Below are positions 26,424-39,348 of a stretch of DNA of 64,000 nt, one piece after another. Positions within the stretch are counted from its first letter, which is position 1. Each line of letters starts with the position of its first letter. The notes beneath the pieces are model-generated. The model was not told where the DNA came from and did no database searches. It worked only from the letters and a program-made list of their open reading frames with translations. Origin of the DNA: Takakia lepidozioides (taxonomy: Eukaryota; Plantae; Bryophyta); assembly GCA_030704615.1 (NCBI GenBank), contig CM060732.1, forward strand, positions 36,890,001 through 36,954,000. Direction: 5' to 3'. The translations under genes were made by a program, and so were the position numbers.

Positions 26424-28922
26424 TCAATGTAGTGAACTAATCCACAATAAAATGTGTAAATGAGGGTCGTGGTCTCGCCGGTGCCCGACCTCCACGGCCT
26501 CCACGGCCCCGAAAGGGTGTGCTCTCATTCTTACCAATAATTGATGCAAATACCGTAGCTTCCTCAATTGTGATATTATGCCCTGTAAATTCCTTCCGCA
26601 AAACCGCAAGGATTGCAGGGCCCTGCCAACGCTGCTGCTTGTAAACCTTATAGGAAAATTAAAAATAAATACACGGTTCAAATACACAACATGAGAATAT
26701 TGAATTGATCATAGATAGTAGTGTGTAACTAAAATGAATACAAATAAGTATTACAACAATCATTTGTAAATACAATTAGTACATGTTCACAATTACAAAC
26801 ATTGAATATCATTTAAACGTTGGGTAGACAAATTACCTTGCTCGAGTTATCACGATCCATGGCCAATCCCTAAATACCTTCACATGTGTGGCCTTTTCAC
26901 GGTCCCATGCCTCTATACAACAGCTAATGGGTTCATCATGTGATATCGCTTCAAGCCATGGGTTCAATTCCTGACATATCGCATCAACTTACATATTAGT
27001 AACATGAAAATGACCAATGAGACTTCATTGATTTATACAGAACTTATCATTGATATTTTGAACAAAATTATATATATATGTAAATTATATGATGAATGTA
27101 TCGACACGTACCATAATGATGTCAACTTGAGTAGCATACCGAGTTGACACGGACAAAATGGTATCAAAAGGCTCAACCAAATGTAGGTGAGTGATGTAGC
27201 CGGAAGTGACATTGGTAACTGTACACCAACGGCAAAACGATGTGCCAGTGGCGGAGACTCCACCTCTGCAAATGAGAGCGTATATACAATGTACATCATG
27301 ATACTCCACAAGAGTGAAGCGTACATGACGTCCATCAAACATGCTCAACCCATGTGTCATAAGTTGCTCCAACTGGTCGAAGAGATGACCTCCATCCAGA
27401 AACGCCTCCATGTCGGCAATATGAGCGATAACCTCAGGGCCAGCATCCTTACCCTCCCACTTGGCAATGGATATCCATGATAACAACCAGCGGTCACAAC
27501 GCAACTCCTATGCAACCTCACATACCTGAAAGAAAAATAATCACATTAATAATTAACATGAATGAAGTGACGTGTATCTTTCAATGGTTGTAGATATTAT
27601 GTTACTGCAACCAAATGTTTGGAATTGAATAAAATCTGTCCGTCTTTGCCATAGTAAAGTCGCGAGTCGTTACTAAGTTTGACAACTATTTCATCATCAA
27701 CTCGGCAACCAGAGCGCTTCTCATAATACAATAACATATATGTGACCCATGCCTCAATGCTATCAACTTGTACGCCATATGTAACATCATCCGTGCGGCC
27801 CCAACCAAGCCCTGATGCTGAAGCCTCGGTGTAGAACTCCTAAACATAACAACAAGATTAATTTTAATATGAATTTATATTGAAGTGGATATAAAAAATA
27901 CATAAACTTACAAACGTAATATAAATATGTATGCACAAATTAATAAATTAAAACTAACCTTCATCTGCTGTACGACATTTGTGGAATTAACGGTCTTGAA
28001 AACGCCATACACGTCAAACGACTTAAGAAGTCTCAAAGTGTTGTGAGTCATCCCAATATCAACCATCAATGCCGCAATCCGTGTAGGGTCAAAACATTGT
28101 CGTTTATTTGTCAATACACACTCTACCTCACGGTCACGAATAATAGGCCATACATTCCAAGTTTGAACAATGTCGACGAGTGCCAAATGACGGTGTTATG
28201 TACTCTGGCCAATGTATTGAATGACCCTGCAGAATCATGACACTTAGCCATCGGTATACCAGTGATAACAGATGCCAGATAGGTCATGCCCCACTAGTAC
28301 TGCCACCTACGACGGTCATATGCACCAGAACCCATCTCCAAATCACATATGGACAATCTCTGACGAGAGCTCGGCACCGGAGTAACAAACTGTGTGGCGT
28401 ATGAATGCGGGCCAATAGGGGCATGTATGGGTGCACGCACGTCAACATGACCTGACTGTATAGTATGAGTAATATTCACATCGACATCAACAGTCATAGA
28501 GACTGTACTATGAGCTAGAGTCATCTCGGATATATCACTGTGACCATGAATGACTCGCTCAATACTCTCCAATGCCGCACCAAACTCATCCTCAGTAAGA
28601 TGGGGGTGGACATCTGGGTCAGGAATGAGATCCGTGTCCTCACGATGAGGAATCTCATCATTATCATCATCATCAATAATAATGCGACTTGGAATGACGG
28701 CTCCCTTACTTATAAGATCGAAGGACCAGCGATATTTTAATGCAACTCTAATGCGACTGTCTGACGTATCGGTCGACTATCAAATCCACTGAAATATAAT
28801 TGTCCTATCCATGGGGTGGCTAGGGTCGGATCAATGTCAGGGGCTCGACGACGTGGAGGCCTTGGTGGAGGTCTACGATCTGGCTCAAAAGCGAGGGCCA
28901 AACCGGAAGAGTCGTCTTCCAT
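26424..28922 (-). pseudogene. Spliced RAG1/Transib-like DDE (RNase H-fold) transposase-like gene with a LysM-like insert
   Basis: Inferred exons 28922-27959, 27839-27606, 27525-27112, 26970-26837 and 26646-~26535 with GT-AG borders; motifs VVKLSNDSR, FTLVEYHD, GGVSATGTSFCRWC and HLVEPFDTILSVSTRYATQVDIIM|ELNPW; several stops and frameshifts. Confidence 0.6.
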
Positions 28923-29100
28923 ACTTTATTTGATGGTAATAATTATGTTGAGCCCATCACAATTTTACATATTGACCCGCCAACACACAACAACAAACAA
29001 ACAAAAATCTTATGTATATCAAAATAGTAGGATAGTCAAATTTTTACTATTACATGATTAGACCTATTATATTCCTATTCAATATGCGGGTTAGTGAAGC

Positions 29101-29247
29101 GTAAAATAATGGTGTTTCTTGACCCCGAAGGGCTACTGCCTTCCAGCATGAAGGTGGACACCTTTGTGACATCAATTAGTGGATTCAACTCACAACCATT
29201 TCCGAGGTGGTAAGTATCAATTACAACTGGGCTACAACTTGGTTGTC
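29101..29247 (-). ncRNA. tRNA-like plus multi-hairpin RNA candidate, copy 1
   Basis: A-box-like TAGCCCAGTTG, anticodon-like loop CTCGGAA, T-arm-like GTGAGTTGAATCCAC, then CCTTC-loop-GAAGG and CCC-TTCG-GGG hairpins. Confidence 0.45.
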
Positions 29248-30208
29248 AGTGTGCCATAATAATTTTATCCACCACCTACTGAAAAAACATTGCTATAATA
29301 GTCCCATGTAATCAGTGACTCCGTCGGATAGAGCCCGCTCATAGTATAAGGAGGTAGTACCCGCAAAGGGAAGAGGTTCTTATTTACGCTAGCTTCGGTT
29401 AGCGTTATATATATAATTTCGTTTGTTCTAATGCAACTTGCATAAAGAATATTCTTGCATGTTCGAACCAGTGTGGTAATGGTATATTACTTTGTACCTA
29501 GGTATGAGTAAAGGGTATTGTAGAACATACCGGTTGGGTATGTCTTGGGGCTTATACCCCGACTATACCTTGGACCCTCGGGTTTTGAATATTGGACCTA
29601 CTCCCTACCTACCATACCAATCTAAGTATGGACTATTTTCATACTCGGCTTGAGACATATAGTGGGGATTGATGAACCCAAGCTAGCATCATAGGTATGT
29701 GTAACGATACAATTTTTTTGTGCTTATCTTCATTCACATTTGTGCATTAATGTAGAAAATAACACTATATCTTTGCAAATTTTATTAAAAAATAAAATAA
29801 AGAAATTATTTTCTACATATCTTATCTTTACATAGACATAATATATACTTATGATATGTACATACCATACACTTGCACATATAGACCTAGTATCTCCATT
29901 TAAAATTTGACTTACTCATGCCTAGGATCAGGGTATGTCCACATATGAATACTAATACCAGCCATGTACCCTACCCACGCGGTGAATATGTAACATTTTA
30001 CATATTCAAGCAGCTATTGAACAGGTGCACCGACCATGCTCGAACAATGCCCATCCTATTGATTAATATATAATTTAAGTCATTCACATATCATCGGAGG
30101 TATATGGACTCAATACAATCAGTAATAAAGTAATGAAAGGGTCGATCCATAGTATCGCCTAAACCCTAAGTGTATTGTTTGATTCATAATATTTAATATT
30201 TAATATTT

Positions 30209-30373
30209 GACGCCTTCCGAAGGAACTGTAAATTATGGCGTCTCTTCATCCCGAAGGGTTATTGCCTTCCGCTAAGAAGGTGGACACCTTTGTGACACCA
30301 AGGGTGGATTGAACCCACAACCACTTCCGTAGGTGGTATGTGCCCATTATCACCAAGCGACAACTTGGTTGTC
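30209..30373 (-). ncRNA. tRNA-like plus multi-hairpin RNA candidate, copy 2
   Basis: GACAACCAAG/CTTGGTGTC acceptor-like stem, ACCAC-CTACGGAA-GTGGT, GGTTCAATCC B-box, two TTCG hairpins. Confidence 0.5.
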
Positions 30374-33300
30374 TTGATTCATAATGTTTTAATAATATGT
30401 CACTTGCTGATTGAAAATAATATCCCATCTTGATTTAATAGTACGCGATGCATTGAAAAACCAACATTTTTAAGTCAAAAGAAGCAATATACCTAAAGTA
30501 TCCAAAACTAATATCGTATAACAAACATTTACACTTATAATATTTATTCATTCAAAGATGGTATTATATATATATATATATATATACAAGCATATTCAAT
30601 TGTATTTTACACAATTGTACAATCCCAAAGTTATATTAATTATGAATATCAAAATCATAATATCGTAGATGGTAGAAATATCATATCCGACAAGTACAAT
30701 GATGACATGTTCGTACTGCGATTATCGCTGGTGGGCCGATTCGTATTTGCAACGTATGTCCTTCTTGCAACAAACACTCCATCCTTAGACTTAAGACCAC
30801 ACAAAAAAATAAAAATAAAAATAAAAATAAACACCAAAATACAAAACAAAAGAATAAAATGAAAAAACATTGCAATACAACAAGTAGGCATAGTGGAGGC
30901 TTACCTTGAGAGCTCGTGGAAGAAGTGCACGTTCAAATGTGGGCTTGCAATTCTTATAGTGTGCAATTAGCCCCTAGCAATTAATGCTATGAAAGATCTA
31001 TTAAAATTTATCATCCATTGGATAAAAATTACCATCCGGACGGAATGGAACGGCCATTGGGTTTGGATGGTTGTGCAACTGTTGGACTTTGGATACTAAG
31101 GGACATGCACCGTTGGACGGAATGAAACGGCCGTTGGATTTTGGATGGTAATTGGTTGTGCATTGCATATTAGGTGGATGATATATCATTAATATGCATT
31201 GACTTGTGTGTGTGCACGGTGCATCGTTATGATAAGCTAATAAGACAAACAACGTAGTGGTTAAATGTCATTATAACGCAGTCTATTCATTTGAATTGTT
31301 TGAATGCAGTGCATTAAATACCTTGGCATGCACAAAGGGATGACCGGCGAGAGCCAATCATTTTTGGATTTTTGACCTGCTGTTGAAGGTTCAACATGTT
31401 ACGTGTAAGCATCCCACAATATAAGATGTGTTTTAAAGTATGTTTCATTGCTAGATACGTTCATAGTACCAAGGTTTGAGGGAGACTTTGGCACTTCCAC
31501 ATACTCTGCACTAATTTTAAACAACTATGCATTTCGGAACCTAGGCAGAATTCAGAACGGGATCAGCCGGCAAAGGAAATTGAAACATAAGTCATGACTA
31601 TGGCTATCCAGCCTATAAGATGGTGTTGAGTGCTAATCTAAGCAGGCCTAAAGGCCGAGGTCAACAGTGGTTGAGAACTAATCTAAGCAAGTTTAAGCAG
31701 GCCGAGGTCAACAGTCGTAAACGAGCACCCTATGTATAGTGAAGCCTGGAGGCCACTTCTAGTTTTCATTTCATGCTAACAGCATCATCAGAGTTTATCA
31801 CCTTAATTTAACCCAAGGATGTGCATTGCTTCTTGTTTGGGACCAGTCCCTTCCACCTTATATGTATTGGCAACCCCCTCCATGTGCGAAGATGTGTTTT
31901 GAGCATGGACGATATTCTCATGTCCTCACTGCCAGTATCAGCTCATAGATTGGGTGTGAAAGCTTAGAAGAAGTGCGATGCAGGCAGTGACAAGGGTATG
32001 CATACAGGATCAGCCAGCAAGGTACCGAACGTCAAGCACTCTAACACAAGGGAAATATCCACCAAGTAGTATCCACAGACCCTTCATTGTACACCAGGTT
32101 GTACATACGAAAAGAAACCCCTTTAATCACGGTGAAGCTGATCACTTACCAGCAAACCCTACGTTCCACTTAGCCACCAACTGACAGCACTGCATATGTT
32201 ACGCATAATGGTACTCCGCCGTCGTCTACTAAATGCAAGGAGGAGCTTATACAAAAACATCGCACGGAAAGACAAGTAGAAAGGCAGGGAAGTATGTCAG
32301 CAACTCTTGCAAAATATCCCTGACAGGCCACATGGACCTGGGCATTTCTAAAATAACACAACACGCTAGAATTAAATGCAAAGACACCAGCTCCGGCTAA
32401 TCTCTTGGCGTTCCACTGTTTCCAGCTCTGAACGGCCTGCTCTACTCATAATCAGTTGTCATCTTCACTGCAAATTCAAATCAAAGACATCTACCTGTTG
32501 AGTAAGCCGTATCGATAGAGAGCCCAACGTATAATGGTCTGCCATCTCGACTTTAAGAGTAACATTTGAAAGCCTGTCAGAGACAACAAGGCGGGGACAA
32601 ACAAGCCAAGGCCCAAGAGATGATCTGCACAAACATTGTTCCTATTTAGTTCATAACCCTTGAAGGCACTAAGGGGATATGCCGGCATGTTCCAGTGTGA
32701 ATTCAGATAGAAGTGGGTATCTTCAGGATATGCAACTAATTACAATGACTGTCTGTGGAGGAGACGTACCTAAGGGAATCAAGGGATGAGCTCCACACAA
32801 TTTAGGGAGGGCCTTGGTAGCATACGTGGCATGTACGTACCCTTGTACTATGGAGGTTTTAGTTGACGTGGCGTTTTAGCTCCACGTAGGATCATATCCC
32901 TACGGCAAAACTTGGAAAATCCTGCTCGTAGCGGTAGCAGAAAACTCAAACTAGTATTAGGGCCTGGCCAGGAGCCTTCCTGGAATGAAGAGGAGCTTCT
33001 CGACACCCAGGCAAGGAGATTGAGAGCAAGGAGATTTCAGCGCATCGACTAGCTTCATCTTTTCGGTGAGATTCCTGCAGGCCGCATGGAACGTGAATGA
33101 ACTTGGTGAGTGTTTCACAGCTTTCTTTGAGATTATGGATGAGGCACACTCTCTTAAGACATTGACTTCAATATGTTAACACATGTAACGCACTGCAGGA
33201 AAACTCTAAGTACAACGCGATCTCAGAGTTCGAAAAAAAAGAGACTATGGACAAGCTTGCCGAAGTCTATCTAGAAGGAGACGACCTCAAGGAACTAATC

Positions 33301-33945
33301 CCGATGACACAGGGGGTGTGTGGTGTGAGCGCTTAGGAAGGTAGTCTGTGTTAGTGTGCCTCTTTGGTAAAATCCCGTGTGAACGCTGGTAGTGTAACAA
33401 CTGGTAATCCTATAAGTGAGAAGATTGCTAACATTAAGTGATACGAGGTGATAGGGTGGTGTGAATGGAGCTTTAGAAGGATGGTATTCTCTAGGTGGAG
33501 GTTGAAATTCCGGAGTATGTAATGGAGTGGAGTGATGGCCTGTTCGAGGCTTTCTTTCGGCCTCGTATAGATTGAACCATTCACGCGACGACGACAATGA
33601 TCTTCGATCTCCATGGTCAACATCCCCTATCTAATCCCCTATCGAGTATAGGTTTCCAGTCTCTCTCGCACTCAGACATGCCTGTCATTTCTCGGTTGTC
33701 GTAAAGACGATAGCATTCTTGGCACATTTGCGACTGTTATGCCAAGTTGTTGGGGGTTTCGCAACATGGCATTTCGATCTCAATGACAGATGGATCGAAA
33801 TCGAACGGTTGGATTTCTTAGATGGCAGCATATAAGCGTGGAGAGCTGTCTTCGTGATGAGAGCTAAAGATTGTACTCATAAGACGTTGTTTGCCGTAGC
33901 CTTGTGGCCTGATGAGAGCTAAAGAGTGGAGAGCAAGCGAAGAAG

Positions 33946-36916
33946 ATGGCGTTTCCACAAAAAGTTGCAGAGTGTAGGCTATTGTACGAGCATCGAGGAA
34001 GACCCAAAAAATATAATGACTACGAAAGTGCAGCAGAAACTGTTCAATGGACGGTAAGATTTCTCTCTATCTCCTCAAGTATAGTTCGCTAAATTTCTTT
34101 CATGTCTGTTTTTGATATTTTTCCGTAAGTATGAGTCTTATAAATTCTGCCCTTTGCAATGGAATTTCAGGAGTTTTTGGAAGCAGCCAAAATTACTCTT
34201 GAGATGTCAAATATTAAGGAAGCAATGGTGCTGGTCCTTTGTGAGGAAGACATTTGGGCGATGTGGGAACAAGTGTTTGATCGTTGGGAATCTGGTAAAC
34301 TAATTGATGTGTATGGGAAAGAGTGCAAGACAGAACAGGTGCAGCTTCCAAAAACCTCTATCAGTAAGCTGCAAGGGCTTGACTCCCGCCAACTGAAGAA
34401 GGTTACCCAAAAAGTTCTGGATTGCAGTTTTTGTCTCAGACATCCTTACAAGGGTAAGGACAAGTCGATAATGAGCATGCATGACTATATAGAATATATG
34501 AAACTCAGAAGGTTCATTATCGACGACATTATGGTGGTGTTTGGATATCCCACACGGACAAAGGCCAACCAAAATCCATACACAAGAGAGTCGTGGTTAG
34601 AGATAAAGCAGAAATACAAGTTTGAGAAATCCACGTTTGAGTCGATGCAATTGACTCTCGGAAGGTCCTACCTCAACAACAAAGGGAAACGAAACCAAGG
34701 GAGCCAGACGTTTTTCTGACATTCATACGAGCTTGGAGGAAGAGTATTGATGAGAAGTTAGATAAGAGAGTGAGTATGGCGGAGAACTTCGAGACTGATT
34801 ACAGGTCGGTTGGAGTATGCAAGAAAGCAACAGATGTCAGCAAACAGCTTTCCTATATCGGCCAGACCAAAAAGTACGACAATATTGGTATGGTGTTTGT
34901 AAACACAATCCCTGACGATATTTGATGGTGTCATTTGGTCGACTGCAGATTATGCAAACATCCTGAATTCGTTCAGGTTTCCAAAATTCAAACGTAATGC
35001 TTTCGTTTTTCTGTCCAACCAATCCTCGTCAATGAATCTGGCATACTATGTCCGAGGAGGGGAGGGCCTGAAGAGGTATCTCATTGTTCAAGGTGTTTAC
35101 TTTCCGGGAGGTACAGAGAGCCATTTCAAGAGCTGCTCAGCTGGATTATCTCGTCCTATCCTTTGTGTGGACTATGTCTTCCCTGTCAATATGACAGAAT
35201 TTGAACATCCCCATGAGCATATCGATCGGTGCCTTTTGGAGAAACCTATCAACCCCCTTCTTCATCGGACAAATCAAGACATCAGCGATGAAGAGACAGA
35301 TCTAAAGGTTTATAATAATGAGCTAAGAAGTAAGACATACGAGTATATTGTCTCATTGTTCTGCAGATCTGGGATGACAGCGTTTAACATTTTCGGAGGA
35401 CCTCTGCTCACCCTCCAGCTTCACGTACATTCCTAACCTTAATTATGGTTTTGCTTCATACATCTCGTATGTCTTTGTCTCTTCTTATTTCCTCCCGTTC
35501 TAATCAGCTCATCGGAAAAAGAATAAAAATGAAAAATCAGCGACGTCATGAACGTCGACTGGCCATTGGACGTTCATGCATCATTATCTTTTCTTTATTC
35601 ATCACAAACTAATCTGAGCCACTCTCCTTTATCCTCACCAGGCTCGAAATGTTCAAGTGGTCGACATGAATGAGGAGGACAAGAGTAGGTTATGCATGCT
35701 GAAGGTCCACTCGGCCTATCGCTTGCTGCAATCAGAAAAGGAAACTCTTAAGTCTGCTGATGACGAGATCGACAATGAGGACCTATTTGGCGACAATATT
35801 AGGGGGAATCATGAGGGGGAAGAGAATAGTAAAGAGGATGAAACTAGTGGGGACGCACTGGATAGTGATAGCGAATCCCGAGATGAAGATATGCATCTAA
35901 TTCAAAGGAGACGAGCTTCGAGCAAAGAGTATTATGTTGACGATGAAGTGGACGATAGAGAAGGCGAAGCCGAAGATCTGCACTTCGAGAGGAGACGAAA
36001 ACGATACCATGCTTTGAACACTATCATAGATGAGTCGAGGAGAAAAGAGGATAATACTTGCAACGAAGTGGATAGTACTGGTAGCAAAGCTGACGCTGAA
36101 GATATGTACACTGAAAGGAGTATCCATGCTTCGAAGACTCTGACATCAAATGAGAGGAGCAAAGAGGATATTCCTACTGTCTACGAGGTGGACTGTGATA
36201 CTAGCGAAGCTGAAGCTGAATATCTGCACATTGAAACAAGTATCCGTGCTTCGAGCGCTCTGATAAATGAGAGGAGCAAAGAGGATCTTAACACTGGCGA
36301 CGAGGTGGACTATGATCATAGCGAAGCTGAAGCTGAAGATATGCACATCAAGAGGAGACGGATCGAAGGATACCATGCAGCTTCGGCCAGTACTGATCTA
36401 ACGAATGAAATCGAAGTTTCTTGGACTCTCATTTTAAAAATAGAGACAGGCTTGCTGCCTGCTTGTGATCTCTTTGTGATTCATAAAGGAAACGTTTTGA
36501 GGATGCCCTTACGGCAGACGTACGTGGTTATATGGTTATTAGTTACAAGTTACAAGTACTTGTGTGGACACAAGTTCGAACTTAATACGAGGCAACCCTT
36601 GACTGATCAGAATTTGATACATTGTGCAGTAACTCTGCAGAAAATGGCTCAAATTTTTAACGATACATGGGGATACCCTTCAAAATTCTTGTTTCAATCC
36701 GCCTGGATCGATCCGAGTGGTCTTATTGAAGTGCTGGGGAGGGAGATATCAAAGCTGCAGCGACTCGGCACCACAATCCCTGAATCCATCACATGCAACA
36801 ACGCCCCAATTGAAATTGACCTCAAGTTAATTAGAAGTGTGTATGCCGCATATCAGTCAATGTACACAGCATCCTGCATGTGTATCCAAAGGGAAGAAGA
36901 TAAACTCATCACTTGA
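33946..36916 (+). pseudogene. Spliced gene copy 1: helical N-domain, degenerate N4C/N6A MTase-like domain, acidic repeats
   Basis: ATG at 33946; introns 34054-34170 and 35425-35641; frameshift near 34705; colinear with 40208-42290. Confidence 0.7.
35860..36410 (+). repeat. Coding acidic tandem repeats (NERSKED...D..SEAEAED.HI)
   Basis: About 5 degenerate units of ~100-115 bp. Confidence 0.8.
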
Positions 36917-37879
36917 GAGGCTTTAGCATGTTTCCAAATGGCAAGAACAAACCCTAAATGGAGGATGTGCTAAATCACGTGGTAGCACTACTGCATACCT
37001 GCTGACAGCAATGTTGTTAATATTTCAGTCTTGAGTGGGTCCACAGACCATAAGGCCGGAAGATTGCACTGGAACGATGAGATGGCCAGGAACCAACGAC
37101 TCGTTTGCTTGCCTAGCTACTCTAAACACAGACTTACTTTGACTTGCTTTGACGGCCTTTGCTGTACGTTTAATATATTTTCCAATCTGATTCCAAGACA
37201 GACCATCCATTCCGCTTAACTTTCTATACTCAACGCTATGCATAGTACTGGAAGCAACGTCCAGCTGCTCATCTACCACACCAGGACCTGGCCATGCATT
37301 TATCTATGTCTCTATTCATCATCAATCTTCTTGCAGCCAGTGTTACACTATCACCTGAGAGTGCCTCTTTCTTTTGGTTTATGATCTCATGTGCAGCCCC
37401 ATCTCCATATGGCTCCATCAACGTGTTCCTGTCGTAGCTAGCCACCTTAGGATTATCACGTTAGTCAAGCAAGGGGTGCGGTGCACTTGGTTTACTGAAT
37501 GAATGATGACCAGTATGCTTTCTGGAGAGAACCAGCTGCAGATTTCTTCATGTCAACACCTCCATACACTTAAGGCTGCTCATTTTTGGCTCAGTTTAAT
37601 GAATTGCTCAGAAGAGCCCATTGGGCACCCCTTTTTTGAATCCAGGCTCTACCAATTCATACAATCATATGCCGGGATCTGAATTCACCTAAAATTTGAC
37701 ATTTCATTCTGTGAACAACTTGCAGTTGAATCCAGAAAGAAAGATTCTCAAGTGAGGGAATTAGTTCACGTCCTGGTGGACAATTTTAAGTCTTGCACAT
37801 ATTTCAAGTTCATTGCAAAGCTAAGAATCTGTTAGGTTTTGTTGAATATATAACATTGTCTTGCTTATTGTTAGCTCTG

Positions 37880-38488
37880 GGATATTGGATAGATGGCTAC
37901 GAAGGACATATTCCAACTTGGATAGAATACATAACAGGTCCCGGGATTAAATGGCCACAGCACATTGAAGTCCTATTGTTTTAATCTCGCCTCGTCAATT
38001 TGAAAAAAGGTTTTGAAATAGTTGTGAAAGGAAAGGGATGAAGCACGGTAGGCTCGGCCCTTTTTAATCCTAGTTTCGATAGTGGACATCAATAGGACAT
38101 CAACCGATTCAGCCAGCCGCTGGAATTGACGACAATCGAGATCCTTGGTGCACGGGTCAGAAGTGTAGTTATAAGTAGGCACAGCAACGACCTCCTTTCT
38201 TGTCAACTCCTTCCTTGTCTACCGCCTCTTGCAAACAGCAGCTTGTTGGAAGCCTGACCTAAAATTAGTGCACATAGAAGATGACCATGATTGCCCACGA
38301 ATCGAAATGAGGATTAAAAAGGGCCGAGCCTACCTTGCTTCATCCTTTCCTTTTCATGACTATTTCAAAACGTTTTTCAAATTGACGAGGCGAGATTAAA
38401 GCAATAGGACTTTGTGCTGTGGCCATTTAATCCCGGGACCTATTATCCAAGTTGGAACATGTCGTTCGTAGCCATCTCTCCAATATCC
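37880..38488. repeat. Long inverted repeat with ~200-bp arms and ~200-bp spacer
   Basis: 37880-38090 is the reverse complement of 38288-38488, e.g. GGTCCCGGGATTAAATGGCCACAGCAC / GTGCTGTGGCCATTTAATCCCGGGACC. Confidence 0.92.
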
Positions 38489-39348
38489 TCGCCTTCTCTA
38501 ATAGTCGGTTCTGGGTCAACCTCTTCAAAGGCATCAAACGAGTTGGAAAAATTGAAGTTCCCATCTTTGAACTGTCTTCCCCGTGCCCCTACTGAACCAT
38601 CGATGTCCAGGGTGGCACTCTCCAACCTGTCAAGGGTCGAACTTCTCCAGAACTTCTCTTTCAATTCTCTTAGGACTTGACTGTCTTCCCCCCTTATTCC
38701 AAGAATCGCCTACGTATGAGGCAACCACCCACTGAGAGGATCCCCAGAGACTCCAAGGAACATCCCCTCCTTCCCTCCAAACTGTAAATAAGTGATAAAA
38801 GTCTTTGAAAGAAAAATGTTCGTGCAAGCATCTATTCCGTGGTAATGTCGTAATGTCTTCCCAAGGAAAAGATGCCGACATCACTCATTCTGGTTTGGTG
38901 CAGGTTATTCAATAGGAAGTCTGGAGTGAGGTACATACTGGGGAGCATCGGCCCTGCAACCGAGCTGCAACCCTGATTCATGGTTAGGTAACCATTGATT
39001 TGCAACCTGTAGGTTTGATGTACATATATATACCGGTAGGCTCAAAATCAGCTCATTCTAGATAGTGCACCACTTCTTTTTACCTCTGCCCCAGGACACA
39101 GCAGCTTTATGACTAGCCATCATAACTTTGCATTCCAAGTTCATGTCTTTAACAATTTACATTGCCAACTCCTGAGTCAGTAATTGTAACGAATCTCATG
39201 TCACATACCCTACTTCTATCTGAGTTCACGATGGAAATATGCCGGTGTATCCCTTCTAATAGCTTATGATTAATTAAATAGGAACAACATTCCGGATCGG
39301 GGAGCTCCGCAGTTTGCGGTGGGAGGCATGGCGGGACTTAGTTTCTGC

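Larger units (their letters stand above)
21138..31245 (-). mobile_element. Putative large Helitron-like or composite element (boundaries uncertain)
   Basis: Minus strand begins TCTTATTAGC at 31245, followed by ATCCAACGG-type motifs; contains spliced gene remnants and tandem arrays; no 3' CTRR hairpin found. Confidence 0.3.

Noticed and set aside
29101-30373. Functional tRNA genes or hammerhead ribozyme
   Set aside because: Non-canonical arms; no CUGAnGA/GAAA core
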